Part shown: positions 53,910 through 64,000 of the stretch, piece after piece | Numbering within the stretch: the first letter of the stretch is position 1 | Layout of the letters: each line of letters starts with the position of its first letter | NCBI GenBank assembly: GCA_964357635.1 | Contig: CAYHLZ010000002.1 | Location: 513-64,512, forward strand | DNA: 64,000 nucleotides | Direction: 5' to 3' | Source of the DNA: an uncultured Candidatus Saccharibacteria bacterium | GTDB lineage: Bacteria > Patescibacteriota > Minisyncoccia > Phycocordibacterales > Zambryskibacteraceae | The notes under the pieces: generated by a model | What the model saw: only the letters and a program-made list of their open reading frames with translations | Told to the model about the DNA's origin: nothing | The model's database searches: none | Translations under genes and position numbers: made by a program

Positions 53910-55664
53910 ATGCATATTGACGAATCTAAGCTTGAGAGTTTTATGGTTGACTCTGGACTTGTCTCCAAGAAGGAGATTGAGCTTGCCAGAAGTGAGGCTA
54001 AGAAGAAAGACGTAAGTATCGGAACAGTACTTGTAAACAAAGGGTCACTGACAGAAGATGATCTTCGTCGGATGCAAGCCTACATTCTTGGCATTCCTTT
54101 TGTTGACCTAAAGAATCAGAAATTGGATTTCTCCGTGCTTTCTTTGATACCTGAACCAATTGCGAGAAATCACAATATTGTCGCCTTTAAAAAGATTAAT
54201 GACCACCTTGAAGTGGCGATGCTTGATACCGAGGACCTGACTGCCATAGATTTCGTTAAGAAAAAGGTCGGATTAAGGATTTTGCCGCGCCTGACAGATG
54301 ACGAGTCTATGAAGTGGGCACTCCTTTCTTATCAAAAAACTCTTAAGGCAGAATTTGGAGATATTATTCAAAAAGAAGCGGGCTCACTTACAGCTCTAAG
54401 TGACGGGACAGGTGACGAAGATCTTGCCGAAGGAGATTTGAAAAAACTAGCAACCGATATCCCCGTAGTTCGCATTGTTGACACTCTACTCAAGCACGCC
54501 ATCATTCAAGATGCTTCCGATATTCACATTGAACCACAGGAGGATAGAGTCTTGGTGCGGTACCGTATAGACGGCATACTGCGTGACGCCATGATTCTAC
54601 CGAAAAATACTGGTCCAGGTATCACCGCTCGTCTCAAGGTTCTCTCTAGTCTTAAACTAGACGAGAAACGTCTTCCTCAAGATGGGCGATTTAAAATTGA
54701 TGTTGAAGGAGAAAAAGTTTCTTTCAGAGTCTCAACTCTACCAACTTATTATGGAGAGAAAACTGTGATGAGGCTTCTGCGCGAGACCGTTTCTGGCTTT
54801 ACCTTAGAGAGTCTCGGGTTTCACAGTAGGGGACTTGAACAACTGCACAAGGCGCTCAAGGTTACAACGGGCATGATTCTTGCCACTGGTCCGACAGGTT
54901 CTGGTAAGACCACAACTCTCTACACCATGCTTGATATTGTTAATACTCCCAACGTTAACATCTCAACCATAGAAGACCCTGTTGAATACCAAATGACCCG
55001 CGTAAACCAAACGCAGGTGCATCCAGAGATTGGACTTACTTTTGCTAACGGTCTTAGGACCCTAGTGCGTCAAGATCCAGATATAATTATGGTCGGAGAA
55101 ATCCGAGACAACGAGACCGCAGCGCTCGCTATTAACGCTTCGCTTACTGGTCACCTTGTACTTTCAACTCTTCACACTAACTCTGCTGCAGGGGCCATAC
55201 CAAGACTTCTAGACATGAAGGTGGAGCCGTTTCTTTTGGTTTCTACCCTAGATATTGTTATTGCCCAACGTCTCATAAGGAAACTTGCTTCATCCAAGAC
55301 CAAATATTTCTTGAACAAAGAAGAGCTTGCATCCCTTGGCAACGCTGTTTCTTTAGACAGAGTTTTGGGATTTCTTAGAGAAGAAAAAATTATAGACAAA
55401 AAAGATGATTGGGACAAAATTACTTTTTGGAAACCAAATCCGGGCAAGGATTCTGAAGACGGGTACGCCAGTCGTATTGGTATACATGAAGTATTAAATG
55501 TTACTCCAACTATTAAAAGCCTGATTATGAAAGGAGCCACGGCGGGGGAGATAGAAGAACAGGCAAAATCAGAAGGCATGATGACCATGATTGAAGATGG
55601 CATTTTCAAGGCAGCACAAGGCATCACCACTATTGAAGAAGTCCTAAGAGTAGTTTCCGAATAA
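53910..55664 (+). CDS. pilB: Type IV pilus assembly ATPase PilB (GspE family)
   Basis: Walker A 'GPTGSGKTTTLYTM'; GspE N-domains; immediately followed by pilC and pilin genes. Confidence 0.85.
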   Translation: MHIDESKLESFMVDSGLVSKKEIELARSEAKKKDVSIGTVLVNKGSLTEDDLRRMQAYILGIPFVDLKNQKLDFSVLSLIPEPIARNHNIVAFKKINDHLEVAMLDTEDLTAIDFVKKKVGLRILPRLTDDESMKWALLSYQKTLKAEFGDIIQKEAGSLTALSDGTGDEDLAEGDLKKLATDIPVVRIVDTLLKHAIIQDASDIHIEPQEDRVLVRYRIDGILRDAMILPKNTGPGITARLKVLSSLKLDEKRLPQDGRFKIDVEGEKVSFRVSTLPTYYGEKTVMRLLRETVSGFTLESLGFHSRGLEQLHKALKVTTGMILATGPTGSGKTTTLYTMLDIVNTPNVNISTIEDPVEYQMTRVNQTQVHPEIGLTFANGLRTLVRQDPDIIMVGEIRDNETAALAINASLTGHLVLSTLHTNSAAGAIPRLLDMKVEPFLLVSTLDIVIAQRLIRKLASSKTKYFLNKEELASLGNAVSLDRVLGFLREEKIIDKKDDWDKITFWKPNPGKDSEDGYASRIGIHEVLNVTPTIKSLIMKGATAGEIEEQAKSEGMMTMIEDGIFKAAQGITTIEEVLRVVSE

Positions 55665-55673
55665 TTTAAAAAC

Positions 55674-56885
55674 ATGACTCTCTACAAATATAAAGCGAAG
55701 GATAAGGATGGCAACATCTACGAACGCAGTCTTGATGTAAAAAACCGTTTTGACATCTATAACGTTATTCGTGAGGAGGGCGGAAGCGTGGTCTCTATCC
55801 AGGAAGTCAAAAACTTTTTGTCTGCCATTGCCCTTGACCGGCTTTTCAGTGGCATACCAACACACCAAAAAATTACCTTCGCCAAAAACCTTGGGTTAAT
55901 GATGAATGCCGGCTTGTCAGTAACGAGAGCTCTTGCCGTTATGGGCAAACAGACCAAGAGTAAACCACTCAAGAAACTACTTTCCGACCTTGAAGCCGAT
56001 GTAAGTCACGGCCAGACACTCTCAGAGTCGTTGCTCAAACACCCAAAAGCATTTTCTCCTCTCTTTGTGTCAATGATAAAAGCAGGTGAAGAGTCTGGTA
56101 ACGTCTCTGGCGCTCTCGCCATTGTTTCTAGTCAAATGGAGAAAACCTATCTTCTGACGAAGAAGGTGCGTGGCGCACTAATTTATCCTTCTGTCATTAT
56201 TACCGTAATGATAGTTCTTGCCATTCTTCTTCTTATTTTCATGGTGCCAACTCTTACTGCCACTTTTGAAGGTCTTGGGGTCAAACTGCCTCTTCCGACA
56301 CGTGTTCTTATAGCTGCCAGCGATTTTCTTATTGAAAATACTCTTGCTGTCCTTGTTGGGATAGGTTTTCTTATAACGGTATCAATTATGTTTTTAAAAA
56401 GCAGGGTTGGTAGAAATTTTTCTGATGCTGTCTTTATCCGGCTTCCTCTTATTGGCGAGATGGTCAAGGAGTTTGAATCTGCTCGCAGTGCTCGCACCCT
56501 ATCTTCTCTACTTTCTGCGGGTGTAGAAATTATTGTTGCGATTGATGTCACTATTGATGTTTTACAAAACCACTTATACAAAGATGTGCTTAAACGCGCC
56601 CGCACCGCCATTGAAAAGGGCGAGCCGATGTCTAGAGTGTTTGTTGAGAACGACAAACTTTATCCGATATTTGTTGGAGAAATGGTTGCGGTGGGCGAGG
56701 AGACAGGCAAGATTTCAGAAATGCTTATGGGTGTAGCAAATTATTATGAAGAAGAGGTTGACCAGAAAACTAAGGACCTCTCCACCATCATTGAGCCCAT
56801 ATTAATGATTATTATTGGTGTTGGAGTAGGAATCTTTGCTGTCTCAATGCTTGGTCCGACATACTCTCTCGTAGATTATATTTAA
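55674..56885 (+). CDS. pilC: Type IV pilus inner-membrane platform protein PilC (GspF family)
   Basis: Two GspF repeats, three TM helices, 403 aa. Confidence 0.8.
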   Translation: MTLYKYKAKDKDGNIYERSLDVKNRFDIYNVIREEGGSVVSIQEVKNFLSAIALDRLFSGIPTHQKITFAKNLGLMMNAGLSVTRALAVMGKQTKSKPLKKLLSDLEADVSHGQTLSESLLKHPKAFSPLFVSMIKAGEESGNVSGALAIVSSQMEKTYLLTKKVRGALIYPSVIITVMIVLAILLLIFMVPTLTATFEGLGVKLPLPTRVLIAASDFLIENTLAVLVGIGFLITVSIMFLKSRVGRNFSDAVFIRLPLIGEMVKEFESARSARTLSSLLSAGVEIIVAIDVTIDVLQNHLYKDVLKRARTAIEKGEPMSRVFVENDKLYPIFVGEMVAVGEETGKISEMLMGVANYYEEEVDQKTKDLSTIIEPILMIIIGVGVGIFAVSMLGPTYSLVDYI

Positions 56886-56891
56886 TTATTC

Positions 56892-57362
56892 ATGAAACAA
56901 AGAGGCTTCACTCTCATAGAAATTGTAATTGCGACCGCAATTTTTCTTCTTTTTGCTATCGGGGTCTACCAAGCCTATACCACCATATTTAATGCCATTG
57001 CCAATGCGCACAACAGAGCTCTCGCCACCGACCTTGCCAATGTGAGATTTGAAGTTATCAAGAACCTACCGTACTCAAGCGTTGGTACAGTCGGCGGAAC
57101 CCCCAGCGGACTAATTGCCGTGTCAGAGACTGTTACGAGTGACAATGTTTCATTTACTGTTGCGACAACAATCATGAACGTTGACGATCCTTTTGACGGA
57201 CTTCTTGGTGGTGGAGATATTTTTCCTGCTGACTATAAACTTGTTGAAATAAGTATCACTTGTAACGGCTGTAAGAACCTTCCTCCAGTAGTGATTACAG
57301 GAAGAGTCGCCCCAAAAAATCTGGAAACTAGTCTTAAATGGATAAAATCAAATATCACATGA
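56892..57362 (+). CDS. Prepilin-type pilin (type IV pilin or pseudopilin)
   Basis: Class III signal 'MKQRG|FTLIEIVIATAIFLL' (Gly-1, Glu+5). Confidence 0.75.
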   Translation: MKQRGFTLIEIVIATAIFLLFAIGVYQAYTTIFNAIANAHNRALATDLANVRFEVIKNLPYSSVGTVGGTPSGLIAVSETVTSDNVSFTVATTIMNVDDPFDGLLGGGDIFPADYKLVEISITCNGCKNLPPVVITGRVAPKNLETSLKWIKSNIT

Positions 57363-57964
57363 AAAAAAACGGCTACAGTCTCGTAGAATTTGTTTTCGCG
57401 GTGGTTATGGCAACAGTTATTGTTTTTATCGTCACTATCTTTGCTAAAAATGCCATAAATTTTAACTCCTCGTCGCAGTCAAGCATGAACGCCATCTTTG
57501 AAAGTAGAAAAATACTAAGCACCATGGTCTCGGAACTTCGTTCAACCGCTCCTTCTGCGATGGGTTCTTATTCTATTGAGTCTGCCGCTACTAGTTCAAT
57601 CGTTTTTTTTGCTGATGTTAATTCAGACGATATTTCAGACCGCATTCGTTATTTTCTAGATCCGAACACGCGCGCTGTTCAGAGAGGCGTAATACTCGCA
57701 ACAGGTGAACCACCTGGTTATACCGTAGCTGAAACATTTTCAACCATTGTTTCTGACATAGGGAACGGCGCTTCAACAGCACTTTTTGATTATTATGACG
57801 GCAATTATGCAGGCACCACAAGCCCATTATCAATACCGGTAAATATTGCTTCCATCAGAATGGTTAAAATCACCATTAAGGTTGAACGAGACCCAAACAA
57901 GCCATCTGAACTTATGACATTTTCATCTCAAGCGTCTCTAAGAAACCTTAAAGATAATTTATGA
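57359..57964 (+). CDS. Prepilin-type pilin-like protein
   Basis: 'MKKNG|YSLVEFVFAVVMATVIVFI' prepilin leader; the ATG at 57359 overlaps the previous stop. Confidence 0.65.
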   Translation: MKKNGYSLVEFVFAVVMATVIVFIVTIFAKNAINFNSSSQSSMNAIFESRKILSTMVSELRSTAPSAMGSYSIESAATSSIVFFADVNSDDISDRIRYFLDPNTRAVQRGVILATGEPPGYTVAETFSTIVSDIGNGASTALFDYYDGNYAGTTSPLSIPVNIASIRMVKITIKVERDPNKPSELMTFSSQASLRNLKDNL

Positions 57965-59433
57965 GAAAAAAAACTTTACAGAGCGACGGATATCTTTTGT
58001 TAGAAGTGCTGGTCTTTGGTGCGGCAGCAGTAGTCGTTATCATCGGGCTCATTGCTTTTGCTGCCACCAACGTCAAGATTGGCCGACGTGTTGTATTGTC
58101 AGAACAAGCTTTTCAGATGGCTGAAGCAGGTCTTGAATATTATCGTTGGCACTTAGCACACGATCCAACGGACTATACAGATGACACAGGACTCCCTGGT
58201 CCTTATGTTAAAAATTTCTATGATAGAAACGGAGTTCTCTTGGGTACCTTCACCCTCACGATAACTCCTCCTCCACTTGGTTCAACTCTCGTGACCCTAG
58301 AGTCAGTCGGTACTTCCGCAGTAGATCCTGCCGTTTCAAGAACCCTTGTTTCTAGACTTGCTGTGCCTTCTTTTGCCAATTTTGCTGCTGTTGCTAATGC
58401 TATTATGCGTTTCGGAAGTGGCACAGAAGTGTTTGGTCCAATTCATTCCAACAACGGTGTACGCTTTGATGGTCTTACGCACAATCTTGTTACCAGTTTT
58501 CTATCAAACTATGACGACCCAATACATACAGGTAGTAATGAATTCGCCGTGCATACGCACGTTAATCCTCCTCCAGGTAGTGGACTCAATAACAGCTTTC
58601 GTCCCTTAGAAGCTCCGCCAACGAGTCCTGTGCCCTCAAGAACAGATGTCTTTATTGCCGGAAGGTCATTCCCAGCTCCGGAAGTTGATTTTGACACCAT
58701 CACAAACGACTTGGTCCAGATGAAAGCTGATGCGGAATCAGCCGGACTGTATTTCGCCTCCTCAACCCTAAGTGGCTACCGAATTGTGTTGAAAACCGAT
58801 GATACCCTTGATCTTTATAGAGTAAACAGCTTGAGAGCCGTACCAAACAATTGTACTGGTTCTGGAACTGGGTGGGGTTCGTGGACTGCTAGTTCTACAG
58901 ACCAAACATCACTTGGCACTTATCCTTTTCCCGCAAACGGTTTAATTTTTCTTGATGACAATGTCTGGGTTGAAGGAACAATTGACGGGGCACGTCTAAC
59001 CATTGTTGCCGCTCGCATACCAGATGACGATGTCAACCAAAGAAGATCAATGACGATTAATAACGATGTTATGTATACTCACTACGACGGTACGGATGTA
59101 GTTGCTCTCATTGGTCAGAACAATGTTAATGCTGGTCTTTACAGCGAAGATGATTTGAGAATTGACGCCGCACTTGTCGCACAGAACGGCCGAGTCGGTA
59201 GATATAGCTACAGTGATAACGATTGCGCTCCATATAAAAATCGAAATAGCATCACGCTCTATGGCACTATCGTGACTGCTCTACAATACGGTTTTGCCTA
59301 CGGAGATCCTGTTACCAATGGATACTCTTTTAGAAATCTTATCTATGACTCATTCCTACTATATAACCCTCCACCATTTTTCCCGGAAACTGAAGATTTC
59401 CACGAAGTTATTTCTTGGAAAGAAATAGAGTAA
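57961..59433 (+). CDS. Large pilus-associated protein with a pilin-like N-terminus (candidate minor pilin or tip protein)
   Basis: '...QSDG|YLLLEVLVFGAAAVVVIIGL' then 450 aa of beta-rich sequence; overlaps the previous gene by 4 nt. Confidence 0.55.
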   Translation: MRKKTLQSDGYLLLEVLVFGAAAVVVIIGLIAFAATNVKIGRRVVLSEQAFQMAEAGLEYYRWHLAHDPTDYTDDTGLPGPYVKNFYDRNGVLLGTFTLTITPPPLGSTLVTLESVGTSAVDPAVSRTLVSRLAVPSFANFAAVANAIMRFGSGTEVFGPIHSNNGVRFDGLTHNLVTSFLSNYDDPIHTGSNEFAVHTHVNPPPGSGLNNSFRPLEAPPTSPVPSRTDVFIAGRSFPAPEVDFDTITNDLVQMKADAESAGLYFASSTLSGYRIVLKTDDTLDLYRVNSLRAVPNNCTGSGTGWGSWTASSTDQTSLGTYPFPANGLIFLDDNVWVEGTIDGARLTIVAARIPDDDVNQRRSMTINNDVMYTHYDGTDVVALIGQNNVNAGLYSEDDLRIDAALVAQNGRVGRYSYSDNDCAPYKNRNSITLYGTIVTALQYGFAYGDPVTNGYSFRNLIYDSFLLYNPPPFFPETEDFHEVISWKEIE

Positions 59434-59443
59434 GATAAGAGCT

Positions 59444-60208
59444 ATGGCAAAACCAGTTTTAATAGCGAATTGGAAAAATTACCCAAGCTCTTTCTCTGAA
59501 GCAAAGAACCTCTTGGGTCAATTATCGCGAGATCGCAAGTTTTACAAAAAACTTTCTCTTTTTATCGCCCCACCATTGCCATATCTAGAGTCAGTGGCTC
59601 TTAAGTCAAAGGGTTTTGCTCGCCTAGCCATCCAAGATACCACAAATCTTTCAGGTGGGACTTATACCGGCGTGGTAACTCCAGATATTTTAAAAAGTTT
59701 CGGAGTCGGTCTTGTTATATTGGGTCACAGTGAACAGCGCGCACTTGGTGAGACGAACGAGGCCGTTTCACAAAAAGTTATTACCGCTCTTCGTTCTGGT
59801 TTTACACCTTTAGTTTGCGTCGGAGAGTTATCTCGAGACCAAGAGGGTAGACACTTTGAATTTCTGCGAGAACAACTCAAATCCTCGCTTGCTGGTCTAA
59901 ACAAGAAAACTCAAGCTGCCAAACTTGCTATCGCTTATGAGCCAGTGTGGGCTATCGGCAAAAGCGCGATTGAAGCTATCGGTCCATCTGATTTATCTGA
60001 ATCAACTATTTTTATCAAAAAAGTTTTGAGCGACATGTTTGGGCGCTCAACCGCTGACCGCATCCCGATTCTCTATGGTGGCTCTGTTGAGCCAGCTAAT
60101 GCCAAAACGCTCTTTAGTAAAACTGGCGTCAAGGGATACCTTGTCGGACACGCCTCACTTAGTGCTAAAAATTTTAAGGCCATAGCCATAGCACTTACTT
60201 CAAAATGA
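59444..60208 (+). CDS. tpiA: Triosephosphate isomerase
   Basis: 'IANWKNY', 'VILGHSEQR', 'AYEPVWAIGK', 'ILYGGSV' motifs. Confidence 0.85.
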   Translation: MAKPVLIANWKNYPSSFSEAKNLLGQLSRDRKFYKKLSLFIAPPLPYLESVALKSKGFARLAIQDTTNLSGGTYTGVVTPDILKSFGVGLVILGHSEQRALGETNEAVSQKVITALRSGFTPLVCVGELSRDQEGRHFEFLREQLKSSLAGLNKKTQAAKLAIAYEPVWAIGKSAIEAIGPSDLSESTIFIKKVLSDMFGRSTADRIPILYGGSVEPANAKTLFSKTGVKGYLVGHASLSAKNFKAIAIALTSK

Positions 60209-61230
60209 AATCCATTACCGAAATTAAGGATTTGAAGGGTAAACGCGCCCTAGTAAGAGTTGACTGGAGTGTACCTATTAACTCTGGCGAAGTTTCTAAT
60301 GACTATCAAATAATAAAATCCTTTCCTACCATAGAATATTTACAAAAAGCAGGCGCCAAAGTAGTTCTTATTAGTCATGGGGAAAAAGATGATGATTCTC
60401 TAGAGCCAATATATAAGTATGTTAAAAAATTTCTTCCGCAACTAACATTTATTAAGCCAAGTGATCTGGTGCTCCTAGAAAATCTTCGCCAAAACAAGGG
60501 TGAGAAAGAAAATTCAGAACAATTTGCGAAAGAACTTGCTAGTCTTGGAGACATTTTTGTAAACGATGCCTTTCCAGTTTCTCATAGAAAGCATGCTTCA
60601 ATTGTGGGTGTGCCCAAATTCTTGCCAAGTTTTGCCGGCATTCAGCTCAATCTTGAGATTGAAGCGCTTTCCAAAGCTTTTTATCCAAAGAGACCGTTTT
60701 TCTTCATTTTGGGTGGCGCTAAGTTTGATACTAAGTTGCCACTTCTGAAGAAATTTATTCATATTGCTGACAGTATTTTTGTGGGTGGAGCGTTGGCACA
60801 CAATTTTTTTGTGGTGCTTGGCAGAGATATTGGAGACTCATTAGTAAGTGGCGGGGACTTTGGCCTAAGAGAGTTATTAAATACGGGTAAAATCATTCTC
60901 CCAGAAGATACCATTGTGGAGGATAAAAAAATTATGGATGCCGGACCAGTTACAATGGAAAATCTTAAGTCAAAAATAGCGAGCTCAAATCTAGTTTTAT
61001 GGAATGGTCCCTTGGGCACCTACGAAAGAGGCTATAGAGTTGCCACGCTAGAGCTAGCAAGAATCATTGCTGATTCTGGAAAGGAGTCAATAATTGGTGG
61101 AGGCGACACTCTTTCTGCTGTAAATGAATTAAATCTTTTTGATAAATTCTCTTTTGTCTCTACTGGTGGTGGCGCGATGCTAGATTTTCTAGCTACAGGT
61201 ACGTTGCCGGGCATTGAAGCGCTCAAGTAA
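60205..61230 (+). CDS. pgk: Phosphoglycerate kinase (short form, 341 aa)
   Basis: 'KGKRALVRVDWSVPI' N-terminal motif, 'FILGGAKFDTK', C-terminal 'STGGGAMLDFLATGTLPGIEAL'. Confidence 0.8.
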   Translation: MKSITEIKDLKGKRALVRVDWSVPINSGEVSNDYQIIKSFPTIEYLQKAGAKVVLISHGEKDDDSLEPIYKYVKKFLPQLTFIKPSDLVLLENLRQNKGEKENSEQFAKELASLGDIFVNDAFPVSHRKHASIVGVPKFLPSFAGIQLNLEIEALSKAFYPKRPFFFILGGAKFDTKLPLLKKFIHIADSIFVGGALAHNFFVVLGRDIGDSLVSGGDFGLRELLNTGKIILPEDTIVEDKKIMDAGPVTMENLKSKIASSNLVLWNGPLGTYERGYRVATLELARIIADSGKESIIGGGDTLSAVNELNLFDKFSFVSTGGGAMLDFLATGTLPGIEALK

Positions 61231-61597
61231 TAAACTTAAGAATTTTCTCTGCGTTTATCTTAAAATCTTTTGGATTACCAGAGACGTTTGAGTTTGGGAA
61301 TACCCAGATATGGGCGTGTTCTACTTCGTCGCCTATTATTTTTGAAAGGATAAAGTCAGTGTCAAAAGCCTTTCTTTGGGCTTGGGCTATTTTTTTTACC
61401 ACCTCAAAATACTCTCCTACGTTTGGCGCATCCCAGACCCATCGATAGTGTTCTTTAGGAATAACTTGGGCATGTCCCGGAGATTGTGGGTTAATATCCA
61501 AGAATGCTAAGAATTTTTTATCCTCATATACCTTATGTGATGGTATTTCTCCTTTAACAATCTTACAAAAAACGCAATTTTCTTTTGTCATGATCAT
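61223..61597 (-). CDS. HIT-family (histidine triad) nucleotide hydrolase
   Basis: 'CVFCKIV' and the histidine triad 'HAHIWVF'. Confidence 0.8.
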   Translation of the reverse strand: MIMTKENCVFCKIVKGEIPSHKVYEDKKFLAFLDINPQSPGHAQVIPKEHYRWVWDAPNVGEYFEVVKKIAQAQRKAFDTDFILSKIIGDEVEHAHIWVFPNSNVSGNPKDFKINAEKILKFIT

Positions 61598-61598
61598 G

Positions 61599-62522
61599 TT
61601 AGTAGGTGCGTGACTTTACCAGCTGACCGTATTGGTCAAAAAGTTCAATTGTCTCGTATTCTTTGGCCCACATCTCCCAACCATGGCCAAGGAAAATTCG
61701 CCAAGTTTTACCATAGAAATTTTCGTCATTTACATGGTTGGCGATACAAGCGTCGTAACTATAATGACTCTTGATAAACGTTACACAAGCGCTTGAAAGC
61801 GGTTTGCCATTTACACAATTACGACAGATTTCTCCATCTCTATCTCTTGTATCAAACTCCGGTTTCTGGCAACTCGGCATTTTTTCTATAAATTTTCTGC
61901 ACTCGGTATCAAGAGAGCTAACCCCCAACTCATTTTCTGGTTGAGGGCAATTGCGTTTAAGTGCTGGAGTAAATTTGTATTCTTCTAAATTCTCCAAATA
62001 ACCGCTACAGATATTTTCCTTGAAACTTACGATTTTATATGGCGTTTGGGCACCCATTCTACCCGTGGTGATAATCGCTTTTTCGCCTGGTTCAAGCACT
62101 ATATTGTGAAGCACGTTATATCCACTAGGAGATATAAAGAGTGCTGCCCGCCCAATCGTTGCAATGTCGGAAGCAAAGTACTTTAACTGTCCGCCAAGAT
62201 TATAGGCTCGTTTATCTTTTCCATTTTTCAAATACCAATTGGTGATAGTAACAGGTTCTTTTCCTCTGTTGTCTATACTGATGTATTCCTCAAATGACTG
62301 GTAAGCGCGGGATGCGTTACCAGTAGTAAGCGAAATATTTGGCGTATTTGAAGTGCTTGATGACTTTGAGGTAGAAATATTTTGTGTTTTTATACCAGTA
62401 TCATCTTGAGAATTAACTTTGCTTTCTCCAGAGTCGAGTTTATCTCCCAACCTAGACACAAATAAGACAATAAGAACCGCCAAAACTGCGATAACTTGTA
62501 GGGCGCCATTACCTTTCTTCAT
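61599..62522 (-). CDS. Membrane-anchored Ser/Thr-rich, Cys-rich hypothetical protein
   Basis: TM 'LQVIAVLAVLIVLFV', S/T-rich linker, C-terminal domain with 10 Cys. Confidence 0.45.
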   Translation of the reverse strand: MKKGNGALQVIAVLAVLIVLFVSRLGDKLDSGESKVNSQDDTGIKTQNISTSKSSSTSNTPNISLTTGNASRAYQSFEEYISIDNRGKEPVTITNWYLKNGKDKRAYNLGGQLKYFASDIATIGRAALFISPSGYNVLHNIVLEPGEKAIITTGRMGAQTPYKIVSFKENICSGYLENLEEYKFTPALKRNCPQPENELGVSSLDTECRKFIEKMPSCQKPEFDTRDRDGEICRNCVNGKPLSSACVTFIKSHYSYDACIANHVNDENFYGKTWRIFLGHGWEMWAKEYETIELFDQYGQLVKSRTY

Positions 62523-62556
62523 AAACCTATCTTAATACGCATGCTAGAATAGTCCA

Positions 62557-64000
62557 ATGCAGCATTTCCCCGAAATTTTTGAAACCTTGCTTAAGGAAAG
62601 AGGTATTACTAAAGAGGAAGAGGCTAATTTCTTAAGTCCAGACTACGAAAAACTTCATAACCCCCTACTTCTACCAGATATGGAGAAGGCTCGTGATAGG
62701 GTTATTCTCGCAATTAAAAATAACGAACACATTACTGTTTTTTCTGACTACGACGCCGATGGTATACCTGGGGCTGTCGTTCTCTCTGATTTTTTTAGAA
62801 GGTCAAAGTATGAAAATGTTTCTTTCTACATACCTCACAGGCACAATGAAGGCTTTGGCTTGAGTTTAGAAGCAGTAGAAGAGTTTCTAAAAAGGAATTC
62901 TAAGGTTGTTATCACCATTGATTGTGGCATTACGGATATAGAAGAAGTTAAATATGCCCAAGAGCAAGGCATAGACATAATCATCACAGACCACCACAAA
63001 CCAAAAGCTACGTTACCCAACGCTTGGGCAGTGGTTAATCCAAATAGAGAGGATTCTCAATACGAATTTAAAAGTCTTTGTGGTTCTGCGGTGGTCTTTA
63101 AATTAGTTCAAGCTGTAGTTCTCAAAGAATCTTTTGGCGCAAAGCCGGGTATGGAAAAATGGTCTCTTGATATGGTTGCCATTGCCACTCTCTCTGACAT
63201 GGTGCCACTGGTGGGGGAGAATAGAACTCTGGCACGTTTTGGTCTTGAAGTTTTACGTAAATCTCCAAGGTTGGGACTCGCAGCACTTTTTAAAAGGATG
63301 AACTTGAATCAACAAAATCTATCTGAAGATGATGTTGTTTTTATGATTACTCCGCGTATTAACGCCGCCTCAAGGATGGGAGTATCAGAAGATGCTTTTA
63401 AACTTTTAAGAACTCTTGACTATTTAGAAGCAGAAAGATTGGCGCTTCATTTAGAGAAAATTAATAACCAAAGAAAAGGAGTGGTAGCAAGCATTGTTAA
63501 AGATGCCAAGGCGCACTTATCTAGTCGTGAAGAAGTAAATGATGTTATCGTCGTCGGCAATCCAGATTGGCGACCAGGACTTCTCGGGCTTGTGGCCAAT
63601 TCACTTGTGGAAGAATACAGTCGACCAGCATTTGTCTGGGGGAGAGACGGAAACGGCATACTGAAGGGCTCTTGTCGCTCGTGCAATGGTTATGATCTTG
63701 TGGCCCTGATGAACGTGGCCAAAGATTCTTTTATAGAGTTTGGAGGGCACTCTGGTGCCGGTGGATTTGCTGTTGATTTGGAAAATATTACTACTCTTGA
63801 AGAGAAACTTTCAAAAGCACTATCTTCGCTTGAGAGCAACGATGAAGAACAAGAAGAAGAAAAAGGTTTAGTTATAAAAACCTCTGACATTGGAGAAAAT
63901 CTTTGGAATACAATTTCTCAATTTGCTCCATTTGGAATGGGAAATAAAAAACCTGTCTTTAAAATTCCAAAAGCAGAAATAAAATCAGTAAAAAAGTTCG
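62557..64000 (+). CDS. recJ: Single-stranded-DNA-specific exonuclease RecJ (DHH family), 3' end beyond the window
   Basis: Read manually (absent from the track because it has no in-window stop): 'VFSDYDADGI', 'ITDHHKP' (DHH), 'GGHSGAGGF' (DHHA1); continuous frame from the ATG at 62557 to the window end. Confidence 0.8.
   Translation, partial: MQHFPEIFETLLKERGITKEEEANFLSPDYEKLHNPLLLPDMEKARDRVILAIKNNEHITVFSDYDADGIPGAVVLSDFFRRSKYENVSFYIPHRHNEGFGLSLEAVEEFLKRNSKVVITIDCGITDIEEVKYAQEQGIDIIITDHHKPKATLPNAWAVVNPNREDSQYEFKSLCGSAVVFKLVQAVVLKESFGAKPGMEKWSLDMVAIATLSDMVPLVGENRTLARFGLEVLRKSPRLGLAALFKRMNLNQQNLSEDDVVFMITPRINAASRMGVSEDAFKLLRTLDYLEAERLALHLEKINNQRKGVVASIVKDAKAHLSSREEVNDVIVVGNPDWRPGLLGLVANSLVEEYSRPAFVWGRDGNGILKGSCRSCNGYDLVALMNVAKDSFIEFGGHSGAGGFAVDLENITTLEEKLSKALSSLESNDEEQEEEKGLVIKTSDIGENLWNTISQFAPFGMGNKKPVFKIPKAEIKSVKKF

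Overview
Low-GC, gene-dense bacterial chromosome segment. Short proteins, overlapping or coupled genes, abundant type IV pilus genes and little visible biosynthesis suggest a CPR/Patescibacteria-like organism; this is inference from gene content only. Housekeeping content: the replication-origin neighbourhood (dnaA-dnaN on the minus strand, divergent rpmH-rnpA-yidC); DNA repair and recombination genes (ruvA partial, fpg, polA, ruvB, ruvC, uvrD/pcrA, xth, recJ partial, xerC/D-family, comM); translation and RNA genes (tyrS, tsaE, rsmA, rpsO, nusA, rny, cca, clpP, hup); glycolysis (tpiA, pgk); and a cluster of seven tRNA genes. Accessory content: (1) a 10-gene minus-strand operon (about 18.3-29.1 kb) encoding a Gram-positive/CPR-style type IV secretion-like apparatus. 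It has a VirB4-family ATPase split into two ORFs, a PrgI/VirB3-like protein, a VirB6-like polytopic protein, and a VirB2-like pilin fused to a Cys/His-rich C-terminal domain, together with secreted repeat proteins. (2) A type IV pilus operon (pilB-pilC plus three prepilin-type proteins), and an orphan second PilB/GspE ATPase elsewhere. (3) Two tandem secreted PKD-domain paralogs sharing a conserved C-terminal tail, VQINFDP(D/S)FEEF. (4) A voltage-sensor-containing ion channel that appears co-transcribed with a YraN-family nuclease and a membrane protein. (5) Three tandem tRNA-Pro genes accompanied by two internally deleted tRNA-Pro minihelix copies. (6) Several unexplained noncoding structures: a 160-bp long-inverted-repeat element, a 22-bp perfect hairpin immediately upstream of clpP, and a roughly 550-bp GC-richer noncoding gap. 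All coordinates come from reading the sequence and ORF track by eye. No database searches were run.
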